Source of the DNA: Candidatus Hydrogenedentota bacterium
GTDB taxonomy: Bacteria; Hydrogenedentota; Hydrogenedentia; Hydrogenedentales; JAEUWI01
Assembly: GCA_034669905.1 (NCBI GenBank)
Contig: JAXMOL010000037.1
Coordinates: 18,734-82,733, forward strand
Direction of reading: 5' to 3'
DNA: 64,000 nucleotides
Of the stretch, positions 8,205 through 17,946 are shown piece by piece. Position numbers and translations under genes: made by a program. The notes below the pieces were generated by a model. That model did not search any database. It was not told where the DNA came from and saw only the letters and a program-made list of their open reading frames with translations. Position 1 is the stretch's first letter. Each line of letters opens with the position of its first letter.

Positions 8205-10307
8205 ATGACACGCAACATGTTCTGGAGGCATATGGCCTCCTTTCGGGGTTTAATGGCTTGTCTGTTCCTCGTAACAGGGGGCTTTGCCTTTGCCGCCGAG
8301 GAGGCCCCGGCGCTTCGAGCCCATGAGCGGTGGATCTGGACCGAGCTCATCGCCTTCGATAACGAGCAGCCCGATCTGGGCGTGGGGCAGTACCTGGAGA
8401 CCACGGGGTTTACACCCACGGCCATCTGTATCCTCATCGGCTCGCCCGATTTCATGCTCTCCCACACCGATATGGAGACCGAAGTGAATCTGCCGGCGGC
8501 GTTCTGCTCCCGGGATGGTCACGAATTCAATCAGGAACGAAGTCGGCAGGCGTGGACAAACCACCAGGTGCGCGCCCTGAATCGGGAATTGCACAAGCGG
8601 GGCGTTGAATCGTACTTGAGTGTCTTCACCAAGTACACCCGGGATCCGACCCACCGCGAGTGGATTACCGACCACCTGGAGGTGCTCCAGGTCCACAAGA
8701 GCAGTGGATTCGTCTGGGCACCCAATCCCCTGGCCCGGTTGAAGGACGGCACCTACTTTGAAGACGTGTTCGCACGGAAAACGGTGAAGACGCTCCAGGA
8801 CTACGAATTCGACGGGTGGCACGGTGCCGATGGCTGGGGTCCCCTGTCCCGGCCCCTTCATCAGCTATCCTTTTCCGATGACATGATCGACCAGTTTGCG
8901 GGTATGCCCGGACTGGAATTGCCCGAGGTTGTGACCCGGGAATGTGTTTACGACGTGCCCAAGCTGGAAGCCCGGGCCGATTTTATTCTCCGCCATCGCC
9001 GCGCGGAATGGAGTGAGTTCTACGCCCAGCGTTGGGCCCGATTCTGGTCGACTATGGTCACGGCGCTCCATGACGCAGGCAAGAAGGCCACCATCAACTC
9101 GGCCTGGGGCCGTGCGCCCTTCGAGGCCTACTTCCGCTATGGGGTGGACTACCAGCGCATCGCCGCCACGGGGGTGGATGCCATCATCGTCGAGACCGTC
9201 GCCGCGGGCCTGGCGATGGACCCCCGTATGGCGGGCACGGATCGGCACGATGATTTCCTCGCCATGTTGATGTTGATGCGGGCGTGCCTGCCCGATACCA
9301 AGCTCATTTTCTTGCACAACGTCCACGACGTGGTGGAGGAATGGGACGCCATTCGCCATATGCCCACTGTGTTGGAGCGCGAGATCTACGCCCTGAACAA
9401 CGTCTTCCACACCCGTCCCGACGGGACCTTGCGGCCGAGCGCCGACGGCTTTCTCGCCTGTCTCGGCGACGGCCTCACCCGGGAAGAATGGGGCTGGCTG
9501 GAGCAGCGCTGGGAGCGGGCCCTGTTCCCCGTGCCGGTCCGTACCCTCGGCGCCACCGTGGTCTGGTCCGATGCTGCGTATCGCGCACAGACCGCCGACT
9601 TCCTGGCCACCCGTACGTGGGATACCCATTACCTCCTCTTTCGCCTCATGGAAGGGGGGGCCACGGTGCAGGGCACGGTCCACGTGAATTCCCTGGAAAA
9701 GTATCGGGGGGCGCTGTTGGTGCCCAACGCCCACCTGTTCCCGCCCGAGGAACTGGCCCGTGTGATGGCCTACGACGGCGGGCCCGTCGTGCTGGTGGGA
9801 CGGAAGATAGACGGGCTGCCAGAACCCGCCATGGAATTCAGCGATGTCTATCCGCCCAATGAACGGTGGTGTGCGGTCTACAACGGGAGTGCGCCGGCGG
9901 TGGAAATTGCGGCGGATGGCGAGGAAATCCCCTTAGGCGACCTCACGGCGATTCCCGGCCCGGAGGGCTTCTGGGATCACATGACCTACCGCAAGGTGTC
10001 CGCCGACTTCGTCACGGCCTGCGCAACGACCCTGCAACGCGTTTCAATGCCCATCACCATCACCGAGCAGGACGAAGACGTGGATATCATGCCCGTGGAG
10101 TTGGCAGATGGCACCCTTCGAATCGCCATTAAAAATCGCATTGCGGCCTATGCCCGTCCGGAAATCGATATGGGGCAGCCGATTGCGTCTGCGGAGGTTC
10201 GCAGTGGCTTTCCCTCCGTGGCGATACGGCCCAACGGCGCAAAATTCGACGTGCGCGTGCCTGGTCGGGGTATCACGGTGGTGGATGTGAAGACCCAGGC
10301 GGAATAA
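8205..10307 (+). CDS. Secreted hypothetical protein, possible glycoside-hydrolase-like TIM barrel
   Basis: Signal peptide ending AFA-A; FDGWHGADG segment; 700-aa ORF with host-like codon usage. Confidence 0.6.
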   Translation: MTRNMFWRHMASFRGLMACLFLVTGGFAFAAEEAPALRAHERWIWTELIAFDNEQPDLGVGQYLETTGFTPTAICILIGSPDFMLSHTDMETEVNLPAAFCSRDGHEFNQERSRQAWTNHQVRALNRELHKRGVESYLSVFTKYTRDPTHREWITDHLEVLQVHKSSGFVWAPNPLARLKDGTYFEDVFARKTVKTLQDYEFDGWHGADGWGPLSRPLHQLSFSDDMIDQFAGMPGLELPEVVTRECVYDVPKLEARADFILRHRRAEWSEFYAQRWARFWSTMVTALHDAGKKATINSAWGRAPFEAYFRYGVDYQRIAATGVDAIIVETVAAGLAMDPRMAGTDRHDDFLAMLMLMRACLPDTKLIFLHNVHDVVEEWDAIRHMPTVLEREIYALNNVFHTRPDGTLRPSADGFLACLGDGLTREEWGWLEQRWERALFPVPVRTLGATVVWSDAAYRAQTADFLATRTWDTHYLLFRLMEGGATVQGTVHVNSLEKYRGALLVPNAHLFPPEELARVMAYDGGPVVLVGRKIDGLPEPAMEFSDVYPPNERWCAVYNGSAPAVEIAADGEEIPLGDLTAIPGPEGFWDHMTYRKVSADFVTACATTLQRVSMPITITEQDEDVDIMPVELADGTLRIAIKNRIAAYARPEIDMGQPIASAEVRSGFPSVAIRPNGAKFDVRVPGRGITVVDVKTQAE

Positions 10308-10567
10308 GAAAACACGCCCTCCGATGCGGCGTTGCTTGTTATTCCTACCTCGTTGTCGTATTGGGGGCGCTTTTTTGCCTCGATTGTTGTCCATATGCTA
10401 CGCTCTCGTCGTGGGAGCCCTTCCCCTTCCTGGGTGGGCCGATGATTACCAACCATCCACTTTACGTCCGTTCTGGCGGCCCATCTGCTGCCCGGCGCGT
10501 TCCCTGGTAACCCTGACTTTCTATTGATAGTTGACGAGTAAGATCCACCCTCAGAAGGTAGTTCGCC

Positions 10568-11329
10568 ATGACGAAACGTCCCATTGGTGCTGTAACGTTT
10601 GACCTGTGGGATTGTCTCTTTTGCGACGATACCGATGAGCCCAAACGGGCGGCGGCGGGTCTATCCCCGAAGCCCATTGCGCGGCGGGAACTGGTCCATC
10701 AGTACCTTCAAAAGGCGGCCCCCATTGCGCGGGAAGAGGTGGATCTGGCCTATGATGTGGCCGATGCGGCTTATCGCAAGGTGTGGCATGATCTGCACGT
10801 CACCATGAGCGTGGCGGAGCGCCTCGAAATCCTGTTGAACGGTCTCGGCCGGGAATTGCCCGCCGCTGAATTTGCGGAACTGGTGCGCCTCCATGAAGAT
10901 ATGGAGTTGGTGCACAGCCCGGACCCGGCTCCCGGTGCGCTGGAAGCCCTGCAGGCCCTTCATGGGAAATACCCGCTGGCCATTATTTCTGATACCATCT
11001 TCAGCCCCGGCACCAATCTTCGGAAGCTCCTGGACGGCGCGGGGATGTTGTCCTACTTTGACCACTTTGTGTTTTCCGATGAGCTCGGCAATTCCAAGCC
11101 CCATCCCCGGGTTTTTGAGTCCGTGGCCGACGCTTTTTCCATTGATGTAAAAGACATCGTCCACATCGGTGACCGCCCCCACAACGACATTGGCGGCCCC
11201 CATGCCGTGGGCGCCCGGGGCGTCTTGCTGACGGTGGTGAAAGACCGTCCGCTCGAAGGCCATGTGCCCGATGCCGTGTGTAGCAACTACGATGACTTGC
11301 CAGAGATTCTTGCGGGCATGACCCCGTAA
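10568..11329 (+). CDS. HAD-family hydrolase
   Basis: FDLWDCL, ISDT, SKPHP, HIGDRPHNDIGG. Confidence 0.85.
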   Translation: MTKRPIGAVTFDLWDCLFCDDTDEPKRAAAGLSPKPIARRELVHQYLQKAAPIAREEVDLAYDVADAAYRKVWHDLHVTMSVAERLEILLNGLGRELPAAEFAELVRLHEDMELVHSPDPAPGALEALQALHGKYPLAIISDTIFSPGTNLRKLLDGAGMLSYFDHFVFSDELGNSKPHPRVFESVADAFSIDVKDIVHIGDRPHNDIGGPHAVGARGVLLTVVKDRPLEGHVPDAVCSNYDDLPEILAGMTP

Positions 11330-11429
11330 CCCCAGCTATTGTCGGGACAGGCGTGTTACGCATCGGCCCGTGCCCCCTGGGGCGCAGCCCCCTTTTTTAC
11401 GACCTTCATTTCAGTAACAGGAGTACGGA

Positions 11430-12275
11430 ATGTCCACCAAGAAGCGTTTTTTGATTCCCGACGGGTACAACGCCGAGAGCCGGGCAAAGTTTGCCGAAGT
11501 GCGGATGCGTCTGGCGTGGGAGTTGTACCGCGATCTGCTCTCGAAACATATGCCCGAGGCCGACTATGAAGTGTGGCTCAGCAGCGACGACGATACCTAT
11601 GATGAGTACCCGCTGGATGCCCTGAAAGAGTTCGATGGTATCTTGTGGCCCGGCTGCAACATGACCATTTACCACGATAAGCCGGAGGTTCAACGCCACA
11701 TCGATCTCTGCGATAAAGGCTTTGAGTTGGGCCTGCCCCAGTTTGGCAGTTGCTGGGCCATCCAGGTGGCGGCCGTGGTGGCCGGTGGGGAATGTGGTCC
11801 CTGTGAACTCGGCCGTGAAATGGGCGTGGGACAGAAGATCCTGCTGAATGAAGCCGGTAAGGCCCACCCCATGTTTGCCGGAAAGCCCCCGGTATACTCC
11901 CACTTCATGAGCCACGATGATGAAGTGAAGCGCCTGCCCGAGGGGGCGACCCTCCTGGCGAGTAATGGCTGGAGTGACGTTCAGGCCGCGTCCTTTACCT
12001 ATAAGAACGGCGAGATGTGGGCGGTCCAATACCACCCCGAATATGACCTCCAGGAAGTGGCCCGTCTCATTGAGGCCCGGGAAGAAAAACTCACCCGCCT
12101 GAATTTTTTTGGACCCGGCGCGGGCATGGCCGACTATGTGGCCCGTCTCGACCAATTGGTGGCTGAGCCCAATCGCAAGGACCTCCGCTGGCAGCTCGGT
12201 ATCGACGACGATATCATGGACGATGGTGTCCGCGAGTTGGAATTCGAGAATTGGTTGAAGCATTATTTCGGTTGA
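11430..12275 (+). CDS. Class I glutamine amidotransferase-like protein
   Basis: FGSCWAIQ nucleophile elbow, SHDDEV, VQYHPEY. Confidence 0.85.
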   Translation: MSTKKRFLIPDGYNAESRAKFAEVRMRLAWELYRDLLSKHMPEADYEVWLSSDDDTYDEYPLDALKEFDGILWPGCNMTIYHDKPEVQRHIDLCDKGFELGLPQFGSCWAIQVAAVVAGGECGPCELGREMGVGQKILLNEAGKAHPMFAGKPPVYSHFMSHDDEVKRLPEGATLLASNGWSDVQAASFTYKNGEMWAVQYHPEYDLQEVARLIEAREEKLTRLNFFGPGAGMADYVARLDQLVAEPNRKDLRWQLGIDDDIMDDGVRELEFENWLKHYFG

Positions 12276-12357
12276 GCCACCGCCAGAATTTTTTTTATTG
12301 ACCACAAACGGACGAAATCCGGGAAGACGGCACCACGCCCTTTAGAAGGAACATCCC

Positions 12358-13485
12358 ATGCAAGCCGCATCGTATAACTACCCCACCCGTATGATTTTTG
12401 GCCCGGGCTCCCGCACGCAGCTCGGAGCCCTGCTGAAGGCCGAAGGCAAGCGTCGCCCCCTTATCGTGACCGACCGAGGTATCGCAGGCCTGCCTTTCGT
12501 GGCCGAGATGGTGGATACGCTGAAGTCCGAAGGGCTCGAGGCCGCTGTATACAGCGAGATCCAGGGGAATCCGGATAAGCCCCAGGTGACCCAGGGGGTG
12601 GATGCCTTCCGGGCGCATCAGGGCGATTCGTTCATCATTCTTGGTGGTGGCGCCGCATTGGATGTGGGCAAGGTCATCGCCCTCATGATCAATCACCCGG
12701 GCGATGTCTTCGACTATGAAGATGGCAACCCCGACGTGCCCCCGGTCGACAAAGAGATTCCCTTTAATATCTGTGTGCCCACCACGGCCGGCACGGGCAG
12801 TGAAGTGGGACGCAGCAGCGTGATTTCCGATGAGCAGCACGTGAAGCGGATTATTTTCGATGCCCGCATGATGCCGCCCCTCGTTGTGGCTGACCCCGAG
12901 CTTACCGTGGGCCTGCCGGCTGGGGTAACGGCGGCCACGGGTGTCGACGCGTTGTCCCACAGTGTGGAAGCCTTCCTGGCCAAGGGCTATCACCCCATGG
13001 CCGACGGTATCGCCCTGGAAGGCATCCGCCTGGTAAAAGAGAACCTGGCCACGGCCGTCAAAGAACCCACCAACATCGTGGCGCGGGGCAATATGCTCAT
13101 GGCCTCGTCGATGGGGGCTACGGCCTTCCAGAAAGGGCTGGGGGTAACCCATTCCTGTGCCCACGCCCTGTCGGCCGTCTGTGATCTACACCACGGCACG
13201 GCCATCGCCCTCATGCTCCCGGCCTGCATGCGGTTCAACGCTGTGGCCCTGCCCGAGCGCATGGTGCGCCTCCAGGGGGCAGTGGATACTACCCTCGCCT
13301 TTGATGCCTGGCTGGAGCAGTTCAACGCCGAGTTGGGCCTGCCTTCCGGCCTCGCCGCCGTGGGTGTGAAGGAAGAGCACCTTGCGTCTCTCGTGGAAAT
13401 TGCCGTCAAGGATGTATGCCACAGCTGTAACGAGCGGGCCGTTTCTGCCGCAGATTTTGAAGCCCTCTTCCGGGAGGCCCTGTAG
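12358..13485 (+). CDS. Iron-containing alcohol dehydrogenase
   Basis: LGGGAALDVGK, PTTAGTGSE, DALSHSVE, HSCAH, LHHG. Confidence 0.93.
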   Translation: MQAASYNYPTRMIFGPGSRTQLGALLKAEGKRRPLIVTDRGIAGLPFVAEMVDTLKSEGLEAAVYSEIQGNPDKPQVTQGVDAFRAHQGDSFIILGGGAALDVGKVIALMINHPGDVFDYEDGNPDVPPVDKEIPFNICVPTTAGTGSEVGRSSVISDEQHVKRIIFDARMMPPLVVADPELTVGLPAGVTAATGVDALSHSVEAFLAKGYHPMADGIALEGIRLVKENLATAVKEPTNIVARGNMLMASSMGATAFQKGLGVTHSCAHALSAVCDLHHGTAIALMLPACMRFNAVALPERMVRLQGAVDTTLAFDAWLEQFNAELGLPSGLAAVGVKEEHLASLVEIAVKDVCHSCNERAVSAADFEALFREAL

Positions 13486-13544
13486 CGGGGGAGGAAGTAG
13501 ATCGGGGTTGCCCGCACCCATCGGACCGTTTCAAGAATGATGGC

Positions 13545-13754
13545 GGGTGTCACCCTCAACCGGAGGAGCGCAGCGGGGGAAGGTTGTGGGTGCGTTGGAT
13601 TCAGGAACACCACGTCAGAAAAGGTGATGCGTGTTGGTTTTTGTGCCGTGGTTGCGGGGAGGCTCCTGCCTCGGCGAAGTCCCATCACCCACAAGCGGTG
13701 CGGCGAGGCCGCACCGCTTGAGGGTCCACGACGCGCCGCAGGTGGGTGGCACCC
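13545..13754. repeat. Inverted pair of REP-like GGGTGCCACCCTCAA..CTTGTGGGTG elements
   Basis: 13545-13592 and inverted 13686-13754; relatives at 40969-41016, 45106-45150, 26242-26311. Confidence 0.8.
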
Positions 13755-13966
13755 CTGGTTCCTCATCTATGGCCGGAGCGTCCCTTAGAAATCACTTTTC
13801 GATACCTGGCTCGGGGAGCTTACCTGAATCCGGTGAGTGGTGGGCCGTCCAGCGCTCCCCTCATGCCCGTCGGTCGGTTGCATCGATGGGGGAGAGGCAG
13901 TACACTTGGGAGTTCCCGGGTGCGTGCGTGATAGTGCGCCCGTGTAATCCATGAGGAAGGGATAGG

Positions 13967-15337
13967 ATGAACGCAATTATCGCCCGAAATGTACCCTCGG
14001 CGCTTCTGATCCTGACGGCGCCCCTGCTTCTCATTGGCTGTGAGACGATGCAGCAGCAGAGCGCCACGGAGAACTACGACGAAGTCCGCAATCAGACCGA
14101 GAAAACCTCCTTCAACGTCATCTTCAATTATGATGACTCCCTGGTGGTGGACGACAGCTACGTGGCCACCCAGTATTACGAAGGCACGGCGAAAGTCGGT
14201 CGGGTAGAAGTTACTTTTCAGGCGGGCTTAAAGGAGCAGGCGGGCGAATTCGCCATGGAAATGGAGCAGCACATCGCCCATGTGGAGCGCCATTTCGGGC
14301 GTGCGCTGGAGACGCCGGTGCGGGCCTATTTGCTGCGGCGGGATACGATGCCCGGTACGGTAACCGGTGGATTTGCACCCACCAACTCGGCGTTTCAGTT
14401 TCCCCTTTTTACTGTCGAGGGCGACGAAGACTTTGAAACGATTCGCTCGGGCAACCCCTTTTACCCCTACATGTTCATCCACGAGCTCACCAAGCTGAGC
14501 CTGGTGGACCCGGCGCGGCCCCCCTTGATCCTGGCGGACCAGAAGACCAGCCCCTTGACGAAGACCAATTACCTTACCCGATGGTTCCGTGAGGGCCTGG
14601 CCAACTATGCCGAATTCCTGGTCTACGAGAAGCTCCGGGAGCGTGTGGTGGAGGGGGACGATAGGACGGCGCTTTCCAGCTTTGAGAGCAACCACGTTTT
14701 TCAGCAGCCCATGAGTGCCCTGGCGACGGTAGGACCCGAGCTCTTTAACTGGAGTCAGTTTGACGATCCCAGTCATGATCGGGATTATCTGAATGCGGCC
14801 ATGGGGCTCTTCATCCTGCTTGAGCATCGCTTTGGTGAGGGGGCGATCCGGAAGGTTATGGATACGCTTGAACAACAGTACTACGTGGATGGACAGGTCA
14901 TTATCAATGCCATCAACTCCACGCTGAACACCGACGTCCAGCAATTGGTCCAGGGCTTTGATCTCATGACGGCCGGAACCCAGGCCAGCCCGCTGACCCC
15001 GGCTACGGCCCGGAATTTTGGCCTGGCGGTGGAGCAGGGCCTCTATGTGAATGCCCTGACAGAGACGGGGGCGGCCCGTGCGGCGGGCGTACAGCGGGGG
15101 GATGTGATCATCGGGGTAAACCGCCGGGATGTGACGAACAACCTGGACTATGAGATGGCGCTCCTGGATGCGCAGGAGCACGGGAACCTGTATTTCACGG
15201 TAGACCGGCTGGGCGAACGCCATACGCTGGGGGTGAAGGTGAACATTCCGACCATCACAGCCACCGGGGCCCTGGGGGGTGTGGGCGGTGGCGGGGTGAT
15301 ATCGGGTGACGTCATGGGCTTCAGTGCTACGGAGTGA
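13967..15337 (+). CDS. Lipoprotein with degenerate gluzincin-like peptidase domain and C-terminal PDZ
   Basis: LLIGC lipobox; FIHELTK ... WFREGLANY; GAARAAGVQRGDVIIGVN PDZ. Confidence 0.75.
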   Translation: MNAIIARNVPSALLILTAPLLLIGCETMQQQSATENYDEVRNQTEKTSFNVIFNYDDSLVVDDSYVATQYYEGTAKVGRVEVTFQAGLKEQAGEFAMEMEQHIAHVERHFGRALETPVRAYLLRRDTMPGTVTGGFAPTNSAFQFPLFTVEGDEDFETIRSGNPFYPYMFIHELTKLSLVDPARPPLILADQKTSPLTKTNYLTRWFREGLANYAEFLVYEKLRERVVEGDDRTALSSFESNHVFQQPMSALATVGPELFNWSQFDDPSHDRDYLNAAMGLFILLEHRFGEGAIRKVMDTLEQQYYVDGQVIINAINSTLNTDVQQLVQGFDLMTAGTQASPLTPATARNFGLAVEQGLYVNALTETGAARAAGVQRGDVIIGVNRRDVTNNLDYEMALLDAQEHGNLYFTVDRLGERHTLGVKVNIPTITATGALGGVGGGGVISGDVMGFSATE

Positions 15338-15371
15338 CCGGGCGCAAAGTAAGAATACTGATGGGAAAAAC

Positions 15372-15400
15372 TTGCGACATCCTGTCTAAAAATGTAACAT
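15372..15400 (+). promoter_or_regulatory. Sigma70-like promoter
   Basis: TTGCGA-N17-TAACAT with TG just upstream of the -10, in an AT-rich island. Confidence 0.6.
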
Positions 15401-15499
15401 TGTCCCCATTAGAATGTATTGTATTCACGCACGGCCTTGCGTTCAGGTGCTGTGTGCTTTCAGAAATAAACAACACGTAAACGAGCTAAGGAGAATACC

Positions 15500-15592
15500 A
15501 TGTTCATCTTCGATTTTATCGGCGACGTCTTCGGATGGATCTTTGACTTCGTAGAAGGAGTCTTCAACTTCCTTTTCGGCTGGATTTTCTAG
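15500..15592 (+). CDS. Small 30-aa Phe-rich amphipathic peptide (absent from ORF track)
   Basis: MFIFDFIGDVFGWIFDFVEGVFNFLFGWIF*; RBS TAAGGAG about 6 nt before ATG; mostly C-ending codons. Confidence 0.75.
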   Translation: MFIFDFIGDVFGWIFDFVEGVFNFLFGWIF

Positions 15593-15625
15593 TCTGGGAT
15601 TTTGACGCAATTTGAGTTATGCTGA

Positions 15626-15665
15626 CAGGCGCTCTGGTCTCTTACCAGGGCGTCTGTTCTAGTTT
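15626..15665 (+). terminator. Hairpin downstream of the small peptide (terminator-like)
   Basis: ACAGGCGCTCTGGT-ctctt-ACCAGGGCGTCTGT followed by TCTAGTTT. Confidence 0.55.
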
Positions 15666-15684
15666 GTGGAGGACACTCGGCCGA

Positions 15685-16929
15685 ATGTTACAGGGTTTGC
15701 CACACTTCCAATTTCAATGTTTCTCCTGTGGCGCGCTGCACACCGAAGTGTCGGTGCCGACGTGCCCCGATTGTGGCGCCCCCCTGAGCCTGGCGCTCTC
15801 GTCTTATCCGGAGGCGTCCGTCCTCACGACCCGACCCCACTCGATGTGGGACTACCAGGCCCTGCTTCCCGTACCTTCCGACGCGGATATCGTGAGTCTG
15901 GGGGAGGGGGCAACGCCCCTTGTTTCGGCGCCTGCCCTGGCCGCGAAGCACCTGCTGGGTGCGGTGGACCTCAAGAACGAGATGGGGAATCCCACGGGCT
16001 CGTTTAAGGATCGGCAGGTGGCGGTGGGTATTAATTGGGCCCGCTCGCAGGGCCATGATACCGTGGCCGTCGTGTCCTCGGGCAATGTGGCCGCCTCTGC
16101 CGCGGCCTATGCGGCCCGCGCCGGGATGAAGGCCATCCTCTTTATGCACGGACAGGCCGACCCCGCCAAAATCGCCCAGGCACAAACCTATGGGGCCACC
16201 GTGATCGCGGTGGACAACCCCTCGCCCCGCGCGGTCTTCGCGCTGTGCATGGCCGCCTGCGAAGCCCACGGATGGTACCACCTTTCCACGGCGGGCATTT
16301 ACGCGCCCTGGAATGTGGAAGGGGCCAAGACGATTGCCTACGAGCTGTTCCAGCACTATGGGGCGACGTTGCCCCATTGGCTGGTCGCCCCGGTGGGCGG
16401 CGGTGGCCTGCTGGGGGGGATCTGGCGGGGCTTCCTGGAACTCAAGGCCATGGGCCTCATTAAAGATATACCCCGACTGGCGGGTGTCCAGGCGGAAGGG
16501 TGCGCTCCCCTGAAAGAGGCCATCGACAACGACTGGTTGTTGGAAGAACACCTGGCCAATCCGTGGCCCCATCCCGACACCATTGCGGGGGCCATTGCGG
16601 ACGACATCCTTTTCGATGGTCACACGGTGTTGCCCGCGATTCGTCAGACCTGGGGCACAGCCATCACGGTGACCGACGAAGAACTGATCGCGGCCCAGCG
16701 TCGGCTCGCGAAAAACTCGGGCCTGCTTTGTGAAATCGCCACGGCAGCGGCCATCGCGGCCCTTTCCAAGCTACCCGTAGTAGACAGGGACACGCGGGTT
16801 TGTTGTATAGTGTCGGGCAGCGGCCTGAAAGATTTGGGTCGTCTGGCGGAAGGGGCGAAGCCAGTTCCCCGAATATCCGCTGATATGGATGCGTTGCAGG
16901 CACTGCTGCGCAAACAAGACGCCGAATAA
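15685..16929 (+). CDS. thrC: Threonine synthase-family PLP enzyme
   Basis: N-terminal CxxC..CPxCG; SLGEGATP, NPTGSFKDR, SSGN, EGAKTIAYE, PVGGGG; start approximate. Confidence 0.8.
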   Translation: MLQGLPHFQFQCFSCGALHTEVSVPTCPDCGAPLSLALSSYPEASVLTTRPHSMWDYQALLPVPSDADIVSLGEGATPLVSAPALAAKHLLGAVDLKNEMGNPTGSFKDRQVAVGINWARSQGHDTVAVVSSGNVAASAAAYAARAGMKAILFMHGQADPAKIAQAQTYGATVIAVDNPSPRAVFALCMAACEAHGWYHLSTAGIYAPWNVEGAKTIAYELFQHYGATLPHWLVAPVGGGGLLGGIWRGFLELKAMGLIKDIPRLAGVQAEGCAPLKEAIDNDWLLEEHLANPWPHPDTIAGAIADDILFDGHTVLPAIRQTWGTAITVTDEELIAAQRRLAKNSGLLCEIATAAAIAALSKLPVVDRDTRVCCIVSGSGLKDLGRLAEGAKPVPRISADMDALQALLRKQDAE

Positions 16930-16956
16930 CGCCGACTTCACCTGGGAGACCTCCCG

Positions 16957-17946
16957 ATGAAACACCTTGTATGGATACTGGCCCTTTTTGTGATGGGCTG
17001 TTCTTCTTCCGATGTCGTGGTGGTATACAGTCCCCACGGTGCCGAGATGCTGGGGGACTACGAAACCCTGTTTGAGACCGCCTATCCCGAGGTGGATGTC
17101 CAGCTCTTGGACATGGGTTCAAAAGAAGTCTACAGCCGCATTCGCGCAGAGAAGAATCGTCCCCAATGTGACGTGTGGTGGGGAGCGCCTTCAACCATGT
17201 TTATGCAGGCCGCGGAAGAAGGCTTACTGGCTTCCTATGAACCCGCCTGGTGCTCCGCGGTAGACGATCAATTCAAGGATGCCGAGGGGCTCTGGCATGC
17301 CACCTACCGCTCTCCCCTGGCCATTTTGTTTAACAACCGTCAGTATACGGCGGAAGACATGCCCACCACATGGGATGGAATGCTGGAAGCGCAGTGGCAG
17401 GGGAGAATCGCCCTGCGCAAACCCCTGGAATCGGGTACCATGCGGACCTTTATCGGTTCCATGATTACCCGGGCCGAAAACGAAGATGCGGGTATCGCCT
17501 GGTTGAAGCAGTTTCATGGCGCGACGGGCGATTATCTCGCTACCCCAAACCTCCTCTTCGACCACATCAAGAAGAATCCCGAGCACATCAGCGTCTGGCT
17601 CATGCCCGATATCGTGATGCAGGCCGTGCGGAATGGTTACCCCTTTGACTATCAGGTGCCGGAGAATACGCCGGTGCTGACCGATGGTATTGCGATTGTG
17701 GCCGGTGCCCCCCACCGGGAGTGGGCGGAAAAGTTCTATGACTTTGTCACCACCGAGGAGGCGTTGCTGCATCAGGCCGAAGCCTATGCCAAGCTGCCGG
17801 CCCGGGGCGATATCGATCCGGGGAAGCTACCACCCAAGCTGGTGACCCAGCGCATTGTGCCCATGCCTATCAACTGGACGGATTTCGCCGCCAACGAAAA
17901 GGCCTGGTGTGACCGCTGGAAAACGGAAGTGTTTGACGCCCCATGA
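16957..17946 (+). CDS. ABC transporter substrate-binding lipoprotein (Fe3+/polyamine/phosphonate class)
   Basis: VMGC lipobox; VVYSPH, RIRAEKNRPQCDVWWG, PLESGT. Confidence 0.85.
   Translation: MKHLVWILALFVMGCSSSDVVVVYSPHGAEMLGDYETLFETAYPEVDVQLLDMGSKEVYSRIRAEKNRPQCDVWWGAPSTMFMQAAEEGLLASYEPAWCSAVDDQFKDAEGLWHATYRSPLAILFNNRQYTAEDMPTTWDGMLEAQWQGRIALRKPLESGTMRTFIGSMITRAENEDAGIAWLKQFHGATGDYLATPNLLFDHIKKNPEHISVWLMPDIVMQAVRNGYPFDYQVPENTPVLTDGIAIVAGAPHREWAEKFYDFVTTEEALLHQAEAYAKLPARGDIDPGKLPPKLVTQRIVPMPINWTDFAANEKAWCDRWKTEVFDAP

Noticed and set aside
15500..15592. Phe attenuator leader peptide
   Set aside because: Phe codons are dispersed with helical periodicity and the downstream gene is not in Phe metabolism; not fully excluded
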